Shown here one piece after another: positions 8,850 to 17,094 of a stretch of DNA of 57,921 nt (positions are counted from its first letter, which is position 1; each line of letters opens with the position of its first letter). The stretch lies in NCBI GenBank assembly GCA_039928585.1, contig JBDSSY010000034.1, positions 1 through 57,921 on the forward strand, written 5' to 3'. The notes beneath the pieces were generated by a model that worked only from the letters and a program-made list of their open reading frames with translations, was not told the origin of the DNA and did no database searches. Source of the stretch: Gemmatimonadaceae bacterium. Its GTDB lineage: Bacteria > Gemmatimonadota > Gemmatimonadetes > Gemmatimonadales > Gemmatimonadaceae. Made by a program: the position numbers and the translations under genes.

Positions 8850-9062
8850 CACCGTACGGCGAGAGGCGTACGGCGCGTCGTGCGGCGGGGCGCGTACGGC
8901 GTGCGGCGGGAATTTGGAAGGGGCGGTTGGATGACTGCGCCGTACCGGGTTCACGCCTTTACCCAACCAAATCCCATTTCCGATTCCCCCACCGCACGCC
9001 TCACGCCTCTCGCCTCTCGCCTCTCGCCAAACCGACGCGCCGTACGCCTTTCGCCGCACGAT
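8850..9062 (+). repeat. long imperfect palindromic intergenic element, copy A (about 60-80 nt inverted arms around a roughly 70 nt core)
   Basis: The 5' arm is GTACGGCGAGAGGCGTACGGCGCGTCGTGCGGCG..GTACGGCGTGCGGCGGGAAT. The reverse complement of the 3' arm reads GTGCGGCGAAAGGCGTACGGCGCGTCGG..GGCGTGCGGTGGGGGAAT. The core contains GGCGGTTGGATG. A near-identical element lies inverted at 14527-14716. Confidence 0.8.
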
Positions 9063-9099
9063 GATGAGCCAGATTGTGTCGTGCGGCGTCCAACTCCGT

Positions 9100-10590
9100 C
9101 TACCGGAGCGGCACCACCACCGTGAACCGGTGCGTCGTTTCCGTTCCGCTCTGCAGGAACAGCGGCGACGACGGTGCCGCGATGATTCCACCCGCCGCTG
9201 CCAGCGCGAACCCGTCGGTGGCGAAGATGATGCCGCGGTTCTCGTTCTCGCCGCATCCCTGGTTGCCGCACGTCCGCCGGAACGCGTACGCCACTTCGAG
9301 ATCGCGCGATTTGAACCTGACGCCGAGGCTCTGGGTCAGTTCCGCCCACCGCTCGCTCTGGCGACGGGTCGTGCCAGTGATGTTGTTGGTCTGCTTTAGT
9401 CCGTATCCGATGGTGTACACCGCGAGGCCGACGTCGAAACCGACGGTGTTGCTCGTGTCGGCGGTGACGGGAAAGGCATGGCCCGCTCCGATGCGCGCCT
9501 TGCTGTTGTGGAAGTTGAAGTCGTTCTCCACCGTCCGCGCACCGGCCGGGATGAGCGTGCCCGTGCTCGTGACGGTATCGCGCGTGAGATCGGCCCACGT
9601 CTCGCTGGTGATCGGTTGCACCACGACATCGGCGTAGAAGCTCGACCGGCCGGCGATGCGCGCCGCGCCGAGGCCGAGATCGTAGCCGTATGTCGTGCCC
9701 GGATCGCGCGGAATGTTCTGGATGACGTAGTTGGGGATCTTCGGGTGCGAGAGCCGATTCGCCGTCACGAGCCCGCCGACGCGCCAGCCGTCGACTCCCA
9801 CGGGACGGTAATACTTCGTATGCACTCCCCAGATGTTCGTCTGGTCGAGGTTGCGCTCCTCGCGCTGGATCACCGTCGTCGTCTTCGAGACGGGATCCCA
9901 CACCCACCTGGTGAAATGCACGTCGTGCGTCATGTCGGTGCGATTGTGCACACCCAGCAGCTCGAACGAATGGCCCGGCGCCCACTCCTTCAGCATGCCG
10001 AGCCGGTACTCGCTCACGTCGCCGCGCTGGTCGATGCGGTCACTGCCGGCGTAGAGCAGATCCACACCATCGATCGCCCGGAGCTTGGCGTGTGACGCAC
10101 CAGCGCCAATCGAGATGCCTCCCACGCGTCGGGCGATGGTGCCGCCGACGTACTGGTTGCTGGAGGTGCGCTCGCTCGTGGGACGATTGAAGGTGGGCCC
10201 GGCGCGATCGAGATTCTGGTAGGCCGCGAGCACCGCGCCCGACCAGTCCTGTCCGCCCACCAGGAGCGCCACGGGCAGTGTACTGCCACCGCCGCGTGCG
10301 CCGCTGATGTCGTGCATGAATGGCGCGGCCGCCACGCTGGTCCCGCGCACCCGTGTCATCTTCGCTGGATTCATGAACGGGTCGGCGATCGTGTCCTCGA
10401 GCGCGATGAACGCGCTGCCCAGACCCGGCCGGCTCGATGGTACGATGTTGAACTGCTCGTCCTGCAGCACCGGAACGGTCTTGGGTGTGACGAGCTGCGC
10501 GCTCGCGCCGATCGCGCCAAGGAACAGCGTGAGTACGGCGAGCAGCGCGATACGAACGGCGAGCTTGAGCGGACTGAGAGGTCGTTGCAT
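9100..10590 (-). CDS. hypothetical secreted protein, possibly an outer-membrane beta-barrel
   Basis: ORF 9100..10674(-). I start at MQRPLSPLKLAVRIALLAVLTLFLGAIGASAQ (signal peptide). The body is rich in alternating G/Y/T/V strands, and I recognise no enzymatic motif. Confidence 0.65.
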   Translation of the reverse strand: MQRPLSPLKLAVRIALLAVLTLFLGAIGASAQLVTPKTVPVLQDEQFNIVPSSRPGLGSAFIALEDTIADPFMNPAKMTRVRGTSVAAAPFMHDISGARGGGSTLPVALLVGGQDWSGAVLAAYQNLDRAGPTFNRPTSERTSSNQYVGGTIARRVGGISIGAGASHAKLRAIDGVDLLYAGSDRIDQRGDVSEYRLGMLKEWAPGHSFELLGVHNRTDMTHDVHFTRWVWDPVSKTTTVIQREERNLDQTNIWGVHTKYYRPVGVDGWRVGGLVTANRLSHPKIPNYVIQNIPRDPGTTYGYDLGLGAARIAGRSSFYADVVVQPITSETWADLTRDTVTSTGTLIPAGARTVENDFNFHNSKARIGAGHAFPVTADTSNTVGFDVGLAVYTIGYGLKQTNNITGTTRRQSERWAELTQSLGVRFKSRDLEVAYAFRRTCGNQGCGENENRGIIFATDGFALAAAGGIIAAPSSPLFLQSGTETTHRFTVVVPLR

Positions 10591-10751
10591 GGCGAGACGC
10601 TCGGCGCGAGGAGGAGGTGGATCATCCGACTCAACCTCGCGGGGCGGGCGGCGGTCACCGTCTCTGATCGCCACTTACCGGTGCCGGCCGCGCATTCGAT
10701 ATTGCCGTCGCTCGCGACTGCGGTCACTCGCGCGCCCCTTCCCGGAGATAC

Positions 10752-11465
10752 GTGCTCACGCTGATCGGCATCCTCATCGTTGTCGCCGGGTTCGCCGCGC
10801 GACTCAACCCGCTGCTGGTCGTCACCGTCGCTGGCCTGGCCACCGGGCTCGCCAGCGGGCTGGGACCGGTGGAAGTCGTGACTGCGTTCGGCAAGGCGTT
10901 CACCGAAAGCCGGTACGTCGCCATCGTGTGGCTGGTGCTTCCCGTGATCGGATTGCTCGAGCGCGCCGGCCTCAAGGAGCGCGCGCGCACGGTGATCGCT
11001 GGTATTCCCGCGGCGACGGCGGGGCGCGTGCTCATGATCTACTTCGCCGTCCGCCAGGTGACCGCAGCGCTCGGCCTCATTTCGCTGGGCGGCCACGCGC
11101 AGATGGTCCGCCCGCTCGTGGCGCCCATGGCCGAAGGCGCGGCCGAGAATGCATTCGGCCCTGTACCGAGCAAGACGCGTTTTCGCATCCGCGCGCACGC
11201 CGCCGCCGCGGACAATGTCGCCGTGTTCTTCGGCGAGGACATCTTCATCGCGATCGGGTCGATCCTGCTGATCAAGGGATTTCTCGAGCAGAACGGCATC
11301 ATCGTCGAACCTGGCCGGCTCGCGCTCTGGGCCATCCCGACGGCCGTCGCCGCCTGGCTCATCCACAACGTGCGCCTGGTGCTGTTGGACCGATCCATCC
11401 GGCGCGAGATGTCATCAGCGTCATCGCAGGCCGAGCCGACGCGCCCGGATGGAGCGTCGGCGTGA
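10752..11465 (+). CDS. DUF969 family membrane protein
   Basis: 237 aa. The N-terminus MLTLIGILIVVAGFAARLNPLLVVTVAGLATGL and the overall hydrophobic pattern match my recollection of DUF969. GGAGA lies upstream of GTG 10752. Confidence 0.75.
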   Translation: MLTLIGILIVVAGFAARLNPLLVVTVAGLATGLASGLGPVEVVTAFGKAFTESRYVAIVWLVLPVIGLLERAGLKERARTVIAGIPAATAGRVLMIYFAVRQVTAALGLISLGGHAQMVRPLVAPMAEGAAENAFGPVPSKTRFRIRAHAAAADNVAVFFGEDIFIAIGSILLIKGFLEQNGIIVEPGRLALWAIPTAVAAWLIHNVRLVLLDRSIRREMSSASSQAEPTRPDGASA

Positions 11466-12415
11466 TCCGGCTCGAGCATGTCTACTGGCTGATGGGCGCA
11501 CTCGCCGGAGGTGTCGCGTTCGTGAACGCGCGCGACGCAACGAATCCCCGGCGGTGGAACAACGCCGCGTTTTGGGGGCTGTACGCCATCACCTTCCTCG
11601 CCGGCTCCACGCTCCCTCACTTCGCGAGCGGATGTCTCGTGATCGCGATGGTGCTCGTGGCAAGCATCGGCAAGCTGGGGCAGACGTCGCGAGAGTCCCA
11701 GTCGGTGGCGCAGCGAGACGCAAGCGCGGCGCGCTTCGGGAACCGGCTCTTCATTCCCGCGCTCACGATTCCGGCCGTCACGCTACTTGGCTCGTACGTA
11801 CTCAAGTCGCTGCAGGTGGGTGGTGCGCCACTCGTCGATGCGAAGCAGGTCACCCAGATTGCGCTCGCGCTCGGCGCTCTCGCTGGACTCGCCGTGGGAA
11901 TGCTCATGCTTCGGCCGCCACTCTCAGCGCCGCTGCACGAGGCGCGGCGGTTGTGGGATGCAGTGGGGTGGGCGGCCATCCTGCCCCAGATGCTCGCCGC
12001 GCTCGGTGCGCTGTTCGCGACGGCGGGCGTCGGCAAGGTCGTCGCCACGCTCGCCGAACGGTGGCTCCCGCTGGGGAGCCCGCTCGCGGCGGTCGTCACC
12101 TACACGGTGGGCATGGCCCTCTTCACGATGATCATGGGCAACGCCTTCGCCGCCTTTCCCGTCATGACCGCCGGCATCGGCCTGCCACTGATCATGTCGC
12201 GCTTCGGAGGGGACGTGACGATCATGGCGGCGATCGGCATGCTCTCGGGCTTCTGCGGCACGCTCATGACGCCGATGGCGGCCAACTACAACATTGTGCC
12301 CGCGGCCCTGCTCGAGCTGCCCGACGAGTATGCCGTGATCAAGGCGCAGATCCCGACCGCGCTTCTCCTGCTCGCTGCGAACACGGCGATCATGTACGCC
12401 TTCGTGTATCGTTGA
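11462..12415 (+). CDS. DUF979 family membrane protein
   Basis: This is the C-terminal two thirds of track ORF 10307..12415 (VIRLEHVYWLMGALAGGVAFVNARD...ANTAIMYAFVYR), polytopic. GTG 11462 overlaps the DUF969 TGA as GTGA. DUF969/DUF979 usually occur as an adjacent pair. Confidence 0.75.
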   Translation: MIRLEHVYWLMGALAGGVAFVNARDATNPRRWNNAAFWGLYAITFLAGSTLPHFASGCLVIAMVLVASIGKLGQTSRESQSVAQRDASAARFGNRLFIPALTIPAVTLLGSYVLKSLQVGGAPLVDAKQVTQIALALGALAGLAVGMLMLRPPLSAPLHEARRLWDAVGWAAILPQMLAALGALFATAGVGKVVATLAERWLPLGSPLAAVVTYTVGMALFTMIMGNAFAAFPVMTAGIGLPLIMSRFGGDVTIMAAIGMLSGFCGTLMTPMAANYNIVPAALLELPDEYAVIKAQIPTALLLLAANTAIMYAFVYR

Positions 12416-13449
12416 TGTCGAATGACGCGCCCATGAAGGAACTCCATACGCTCACGCCAGGCTTGGCGAGCAGCTTCGCCAGGCTCGCGCTCTCGCACGT
12501 GGAGCGCGAGTATCCGCACAAGCTGGAGCATGTAGCGAGCGGTCCGGACGACGTGCGCGGTCCCCGCGCGCTTCACCCGATCTTCTTCGGGAGCTTCGAC
12601 TGGCATTCGTGCGTGCACGGGTACTGGCTGCTTGCCGCGCTGCTTCGATTGCATCCCGACCTGCCGCACACACCTGAAGCGCACGCGCTGTTCGACCGCC
12701 AGCTTCGGCCCAATCGTGTCACGGGCGAAGTGAGCTATCTCGTGGGCCCGTTGCGCACCACGTTCGAGCGGCCCTACGGGTGGGCGTGGCTGCTCATGCT
12801 CACCGCGGAGCTGGCGCGCAATCCGCTGCCCGACGCGGCGCGATGGGCGCGCGCGCTCCAACCGCTCGCCGATGTGTTCGTCGCGCGGCTCTACGACTAT
12901 CTCGGCAAGATGCCCTACCCCGTCCGCGTGGGCACGCACTTCAACACCGCCTTCGCGCTCACGCTGGCGCTGGAGTATGCCGAGGTCTCGGGCGATGAGC
13001 CGCTCCGCGAGATGCTGCGCAACAAGGCGATCGCCTGGTATGGAGACGATCGCGACTGCCAGGCATGGGAGCCGGGTGGCGACGATTTCCTTTCGTCCGC
13101 GCTCATCGAGGCCATGTGCATGCGGCGAGTGCTGGGCGAGACGGAGTTCGCGGCGTGGATGGATGGCTTTCTGCCGCGCGTCGCGATGCGTGAGCCGCGT
13201 ACGCTGTTCGAGCCGGCCGTCGTGACCGATCGGACCGACGGAAAGATCGCGCATCTCGACGGTCTCAATTTCAGCCGCGCCTGGTGCTGGCGCGCGCTGG
13301 CCCGCAGCTGGCCGAGCGATGATGTGCGACATCTTGCGGCGGTGGACGCAGCCGAGCTGCACATCGCCGCGAGCCTCCCGCACCTGTCCGGTGACTACAT
13401 GGGCGAGCACTGGCTTGCGACCTTTGCGTTGCTGGCGCTGGTCGGGTAG
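12415..13449 (+). CDS. DUF2891 domain-containing protein
   Basis: This is the C-terminal part of track ORF 11449..13449, starting at MSNDAPMKELHT. Motifs FGSFDWHSCVHGYWLLAALL and YGWAWLL fit DUF2891. ATG 12415 shares one nt with the DUF979 TGA (TGATG). Confidence 0.72.
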   Translation: MSNDAPMKELHTLTPGLASSFARLALSHVEREYPHKLEHVASGPDDVRGPRALHPIFFGSFDWHSCVHGYWLLAALLRLHPDLPHTPEAHALFDRQLRPNRVTGEVSYLVGPLRTTFERPYGWAWLLMLTAELARNPLPDAARWARALQPLADVFVARLYDYLGKMPYPVRVGTHFNTAFALTLALEYAEVSGDEPLREMLRNKAIAWYGDDRDCQAWEPGGDDFLSSALIEAMCMRRVLGETEFAAWMDGFLPRVAMREPRTLFEPAVVTDRTDGKIAHLDGLNFSRAWCWRALARSWPSDDVRHLAAVDAAELHIAASLPHLSGDYMGEHWLATFALLALVG

Positions 13450-13500
13450 GACGCGCCACCTTCGCGTGCGGCGTGCGGCGTACGCCTCTCGCCGTACGCG
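13450..13500. repeat. solo-arm fragment of the palindromic element family (copy C)
   Basis: GACGCGCC...GCGTGCGGCGTGCGGCGTACGCCTCTCGCCGTACG matches the outer arm of copies A and B (..GACGCGCCGTACGCCTCTCGCCGTACG). It sits directly after the DUF2891 stop. Confidence 0.6.
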
Positions 13501-13550
13501 CGCAGTGTGGTCGTTCGTGACAGCGCTGGCGATTTCACGTACTGTGTCCC

Positions 13551-14441
13551 ATGGCAACGCCAATCCATCAGCCACCAGCGTCCGGGTCGTCGCTCGCGCC
13601 GGACGACCGCTCGTGCGCCAACTGCGGCTCGCGGCTCGTACAGCGCTACTGCGCGGACTGCGGGCAGCCGGCGCCGGGTCCGCGCGACTATTCGATCCGT
13701 GCGCACGCAGCGGAGTTCGTCGATCAGCTCGCGAGCGTCGACGGCAAGATCGGTCGCACCCTGTGGGCGCTCGTCGCCCGCCCCGGTGCGCTGACCGTCG
13801 ATCACCTCGCCGGACGACGTGCGCGCTACCTGCGACCGCTGCAGCTGTTCCTCGTGGTGAACGTGCTGCTCTTCGTCATTGCGCCGCGCGTGCCGATGTT
13901 CACCTACAGCCTGCGCAGCTACCTGACGTACGCTCCGCCTTCACCCGTCGTCGTCGCGTCACTCGTCCGACGCACGTCCGCCGCGACGGATAGGTCAGCG
14001 TACACGGCGGCATTCGACGCACGAGTCGAATCGCAGCGCAAGAGTCTCATCATTCTCTTCGCGCCAGCGCTGGCCCTGTTGTTCCGGGTGCTGTTCGCGC
14101 GACGAACGAAACGCGCGGGTGTGCCGCACCGGTATGGAGAGCACCTGGTGTTCGCGCTGCACCTCCTCGCCTTCATCTGGCTGGCGGTCACTGGGTGGGG
14201 CGCGTTGGGCACTCTGTCCTCGCTGGCGCCCACGCGGACGCTGAACGTGCTGACCTTCGTGCTGCTCGTCGCACTCTTTGCGGCGACTCCCGTCTACCTG
14301 TTGCGCGCGCTGGCTCGGGTCTACGACCTCACTCGGATCCAGAGTCTCGCCGTGCTCATGGCGTTGCTCACTTCCTTCGTCGGCCTCGTGGTCGCATACC
14401 GCACCCTGCTCTTCTTCGCGACGTACTACAGCCTCAACTGA
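13551..14441 (+). CDS. DUF3667 domain-containing membrane protein (N-terminal zinc ribbon)
   Basis: 296 aa. CANCGSRLVQRYCADCGQ is a Cys4 ribbon near the N-terminus. It is followed by GRTLWALVARPG, YLRPLQLFLVVNVLLF and several TM helices. Confidence 0.75.
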   Translation: MATPIHQPPASGSSLAPDDRSCANCGSRLVQRYCADCGQPAPGPRDYSIRAHAAEFVDQLASVDGKIGRTLWALVARPGALTVDHLAGRRARYLRPLQLFLVVNVLLFVIAPRVPMFTYSLRSYLTYAPPSPVVVASLVRRTSAATDRSAYTAAFDARVESQRKSLIILFAPALALLFRVLFARRTKRAGVPHRYGEHLVFALHLLAFIWLAVTGWGALGTLSSLAPTRTLNVLTFVLLVALFAATPVYLLRALARVYDLTRIQSLAVLMALLTSFVGLVVAYRTLLFFATYYSLN

Positions 14442-14526
14442 ACGCGCCGGAATGCGCGGGTCGCCATTCCTGCTGCTTCACCCGGATCCGCGTGATGCGC
14501 GTCTCGGCGGATGACTTCCGATATGC

Positions 14527-14716
14527 ACGTACGGCGAGAGGCGTGCGGCGCGTCGTGTGGCGAGAGGAGTGCGGCGTGCGGCGGGGATTTGGAAGTGAGG
14601 CTTGATTGGATAACGATCCATTCGACCCCACCATCCAACCGCCTCTTTCCTTATTCCCGCCGCACGCCGTACGGCGCACGCCTCACGACGCGCCGTACGC
14701 CTCTCGCCGTACGTCG
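14527..14716 (-). repeat. long palindromic intergenic element, copy B (inverted relative to copy A)
   Basis: The reverse complement begins GTACGGCGAGAGGCGTACGGCGCGTCGTGAGGCGTGCGCCGTACGGCGTGCGGCGGGAATAAGGAAAGAGGCGGTTGGATGG. It aligns almost base for base with the first ~85 nt of copy A. It lies between convergent genes. Confidence 0.8.
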
Positions 14717-14743
14717 AGGTCTGGCGTGAGGGCCCGCGTGTCC

Positions 14744-16879
14744 TCACCGCGTCGCCACCTTGTCCGCCTTGTCCCGGTACCGGTTGAACCAGCTCCGCAG
14801 GTACAGCTGCGTGCGCAGGAAGTTGGACGGCTTCGAGCTCGTGCCGTGCCACTCGTCATTGAAGCGCACCATTGCCGTGGGGATCTTGCGCAGCTTGAGC
14901 GCACGATAGAACTGCTCCGTCTGCTCCATCGGCGTACGCAGGTCGTTCACGCCGGTCATCAGCATCGTCGGCGTCGTCACGTTACCCACGTACATCAGCG
15001 GGGACCGGCGCAGGTGCTCGCTCGGGTCCTCCCACGGGAGCTTCTCGAAGTTGTAGTACCAACTCGCGCCGTCGGTGGTCCCCACGAAGCTCATCCAGTT
15101 GACCACCGGACAATTGGACGACGCGGCCGCGAATCGGTTCGTGTGCCCGACGATCCACGCCGTGAGTACGCCGCCGCCGCTGCAGCCGTACACGAACATG
15201 TTCTTCGGGTCGGCGATCCCGCGCCCGATCACCGTGTCCACTCCCGCCATCAGGTCATCGTAGTCCTTGCCCGGATACGCGTTCTTGATCGCATTGCCGA
15301 ATGCGCTGCCGTATCCGGTGCTGCCCCGTGGGTTGGTGTACAGCGTCACGTACCCGTTCGACGCGTGGTCCTGCCGCGAGAAGCTGAATCCGGTGTTGTA
15401 CATCGAGTGCGGTCCGCCGTGGATCTCCAGCATGAGCGGATACTTGCGGCCGGCCGAGTAGTCGGGCGGCTTCACGATCCAGCCCTGGATTCGCGTGCCG
15501 TCCTTCGACGTGTACCAGATCTCCTCCGTCTGCGCGAGCGCCTTGCCGGTGAGCACGTCTTCGTTCACCGCGGTGAGCCACGTGACCGTGCCCGGCTGCC
15601 GCAGGTTCACCGCGACGACATCGTTCGGGTGCGTCGCCGTGCTCATCACGCCCACTGCCGTTCCGTTCGCATTGATGGACGTCGTGCTCAACACCTGACG
15701 TCCGCTCGTCACCGCCTTCACCGCCCCGCTCACCGACGCGACATACAGGTTACGTGACCCTTCGTTCTCTGCATCGAAGTAGATCGCGCTGCCGTCCTTC
15801 GCCCAGGTGAGGTTGCTCGGGGCACGGTCCCAGGACGGTGCGACGACGCGATGGCCCGACCCGTCGGCACTCATCAGGTGGAGCTTCGCGTCGACCCAGG
15901 TGTCGCTCGTGGAATCGTATCCCGTATAGGCGATCCACCTGCCGTCCGGCGACGGGACTGGCTGCGTGTCGGGCCCCTTCCGCGTGGTGAGCTGGCGAAC
16001 GGCTCCGCCGGCCACATCCACACGATAGATGTCCGACTCACGCCACCGATACTCGGCATCATCCACGCGCAGCGCGCTGAAGACGAGCGATCGGCCGTCC
16101 GGCATCCAGCGTGGCGCCCCATGATTGTACGCGCCACTCGTGAGCTGGCGCGCCGTGCCGCCGTTGTCCGCCGACACGACGAACAGATGCCGATTGCCTT
16201 CCTCGACGAACCCTTCGCGATCCTGGCGATAGTTGAGCCGGTCCACCACGCGAGGTGCTTCCGTCCACTTGGCGCCCTTCGGCGCGGTCGGCATGTCGAT
16301 TTTCCAATCGTTCCGCGCCGGCACCAGCATCGTGAAGGCGATCCACTTCCCGTCGGGCGACCACTCGATGTTGCTCGGGCTCTCGTCGAGGCGCGTGAGC
16401 TGAGTGACGGCGCCCTCGGCATCCATCCATCGCGTGAAGATCTGCGTCTTCGGCGCCGCCGCGGGTGCGCCCGCAGGCGCAGTGCCCGCCGCCGCTCCGG
16501 CAGCGCTGGCTGGCGTATGCGTGTACGCGACGCGGGCGCCGTCGGGCGACCACCTGGGGCTTGATCCATTCACCAGAAATCGCGCGCGCGAGCCGTCGAC
16601 ATTCATGATCCAGAGCGACGACTCCCATCGATCCGCCAGCTTGTCGATCCAGCGGCGAGTGAACACGACCTGCCGGCCGTCAGGCGAGAGCTGCGGGTCC
16701 TGCACCTCCTCCCAGTCCAGATAGTCCTCCAACGCGATGCGATCGGTGCGCCGCTCGGCGCGTTGCTCCGTACGCTGCGGCGGCGCCTGGGCCGATACCC
16801 GCTCGGACACAGTGGGAACGAGCAGAAGCGCGGTAACGGCGAGGACAGGCAGGATGCGCGTGCGAGGACGGTTGGGCAC
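14744..16879 (-). CDS. S9 family serine peptidase (prolyl oligopeptidase / acylaminoacyl-peptidase-like) with an N-terminal TolB-like beta-propeller
   Basis: ORF 14744..17077(-). It has repeated (W/L)SPDG(R/K) blades, GGPHSMY and the nucleophile elbow GCSGGG. I start at GTG 16879 (VPNRPRTRILPVLAVTALLLVPTVSERVSAQA signal peptide), preceded by GGAGAC. Confidence 0.88.
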   Translation of the reverse strand: MPNRPRTRILPVLAVTALLLVPTVSERVSAQAPPQRTEQRAERRTDRIALEDYLDWEEVQDPQLSPDGRQVVFTRRWIDKLADRWESSLWIMNVDGSRARFLVNGSSPRWSPDGARVAYTHTPASAAGAAAGTAPAGAPAAAPKTQIFTRWMDAEGAVTQLTRLDESPSNIEWSPDGKWIAFTMLVPARNDWKIDMPTAPKGAKWTEAPRVVDRLNYRQDREGFVEEGNRHLFVVSADNGGTARQLTSGAYNHGAPRWMPDGRSLVFSALRVDDAEYRWRESDIYRVDVAGGAVRQLTTRKGPDTQPVPSPDGRWIAYTGYDSTSDTWVDAKLHLMSADGSGHRVVAPSWDRAPSNLTWAKDGSAIYFDAENEGSRNLYVASVSGAVKAVTSGRQVLSTTSINANGTAVGVMSTATHPNDVVAVNLRQPGTVTWLTAVNEDVLTGKALAQTEEIWYTSKDGTRIQGWIVKPPDYSAGRKYPLMLEIHGGPHSMYNTGFSFSRQDHASNGYVTLYTNPRGSTGYGSAFGNAIKNAYPGKDYDDLMAGVDTVIGRGIADPKNMFVYGCSGGGVLTAWIVGHTNRFAAASSNCPVVNWMSFVGTTDGASWYYNFEKLPWEDPSEHLRRSPLMYVGNVTTPTMLMTGVNDLRTPMEQTEQFYRALKLRKIPTAMVRFNDEWHGTSSKPSNFLRTQLYLRSWFNRYRDKADKVATR

Positions 16880-17094
16880 AGGGGTCTCCGGAGACGGACG
16901 GAACGAACGAACGAGCGACAATCGCCATACGCTGCATCTCGTCCGGACGCTGCGCCAGACGCTCGGCCGGCACGGCGCGGCGCGCGCGCTCCGGGACCCT
17001 GTCCTCGCTCCTCGGCAGGTCGTAGCATTCCGGGCCCCACCTTCCGTCGACGGCACCTCGCCGCACGCTCTCTTCACCAGAGGAGCACACTTTC

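Noticed and set aside
8840-9125. Small ORFs inside the palindromic elements (8840..9064, 8880..9125, 14434..14679, 14478..14852) that give similar peptides (..YGERRTARR.., ..RGGWM..)
   Set aside because: The peptide similarity is explained by DNA-level repeat identity, including identity in non-equivalent frames and strands. The composition is Arg/Ala-rich and there are no ribosome binding sites.
10307-12415. The 702-aa track ORF, and similar run-on ORFs (11449..13449, 31710..33224, 37072..38781, 41407..43329, 56626..57384), taken at face value
   Set aside because: Their N-terminal parts are out-of-frame read-through of the upstream gene (Arg-rich nonsense). The real genes start at internal ATG or GTG codons with signal peptides or family-typical N-termini, often overlapping the upstream stop.
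8850-14716. Calling the palindromic elements MITEs or another mobile element
   Set aside because: I could not identify target-site duplications, and no transposase is present. They are reported as a repeat family of unknown nature rather than as mobile_element.
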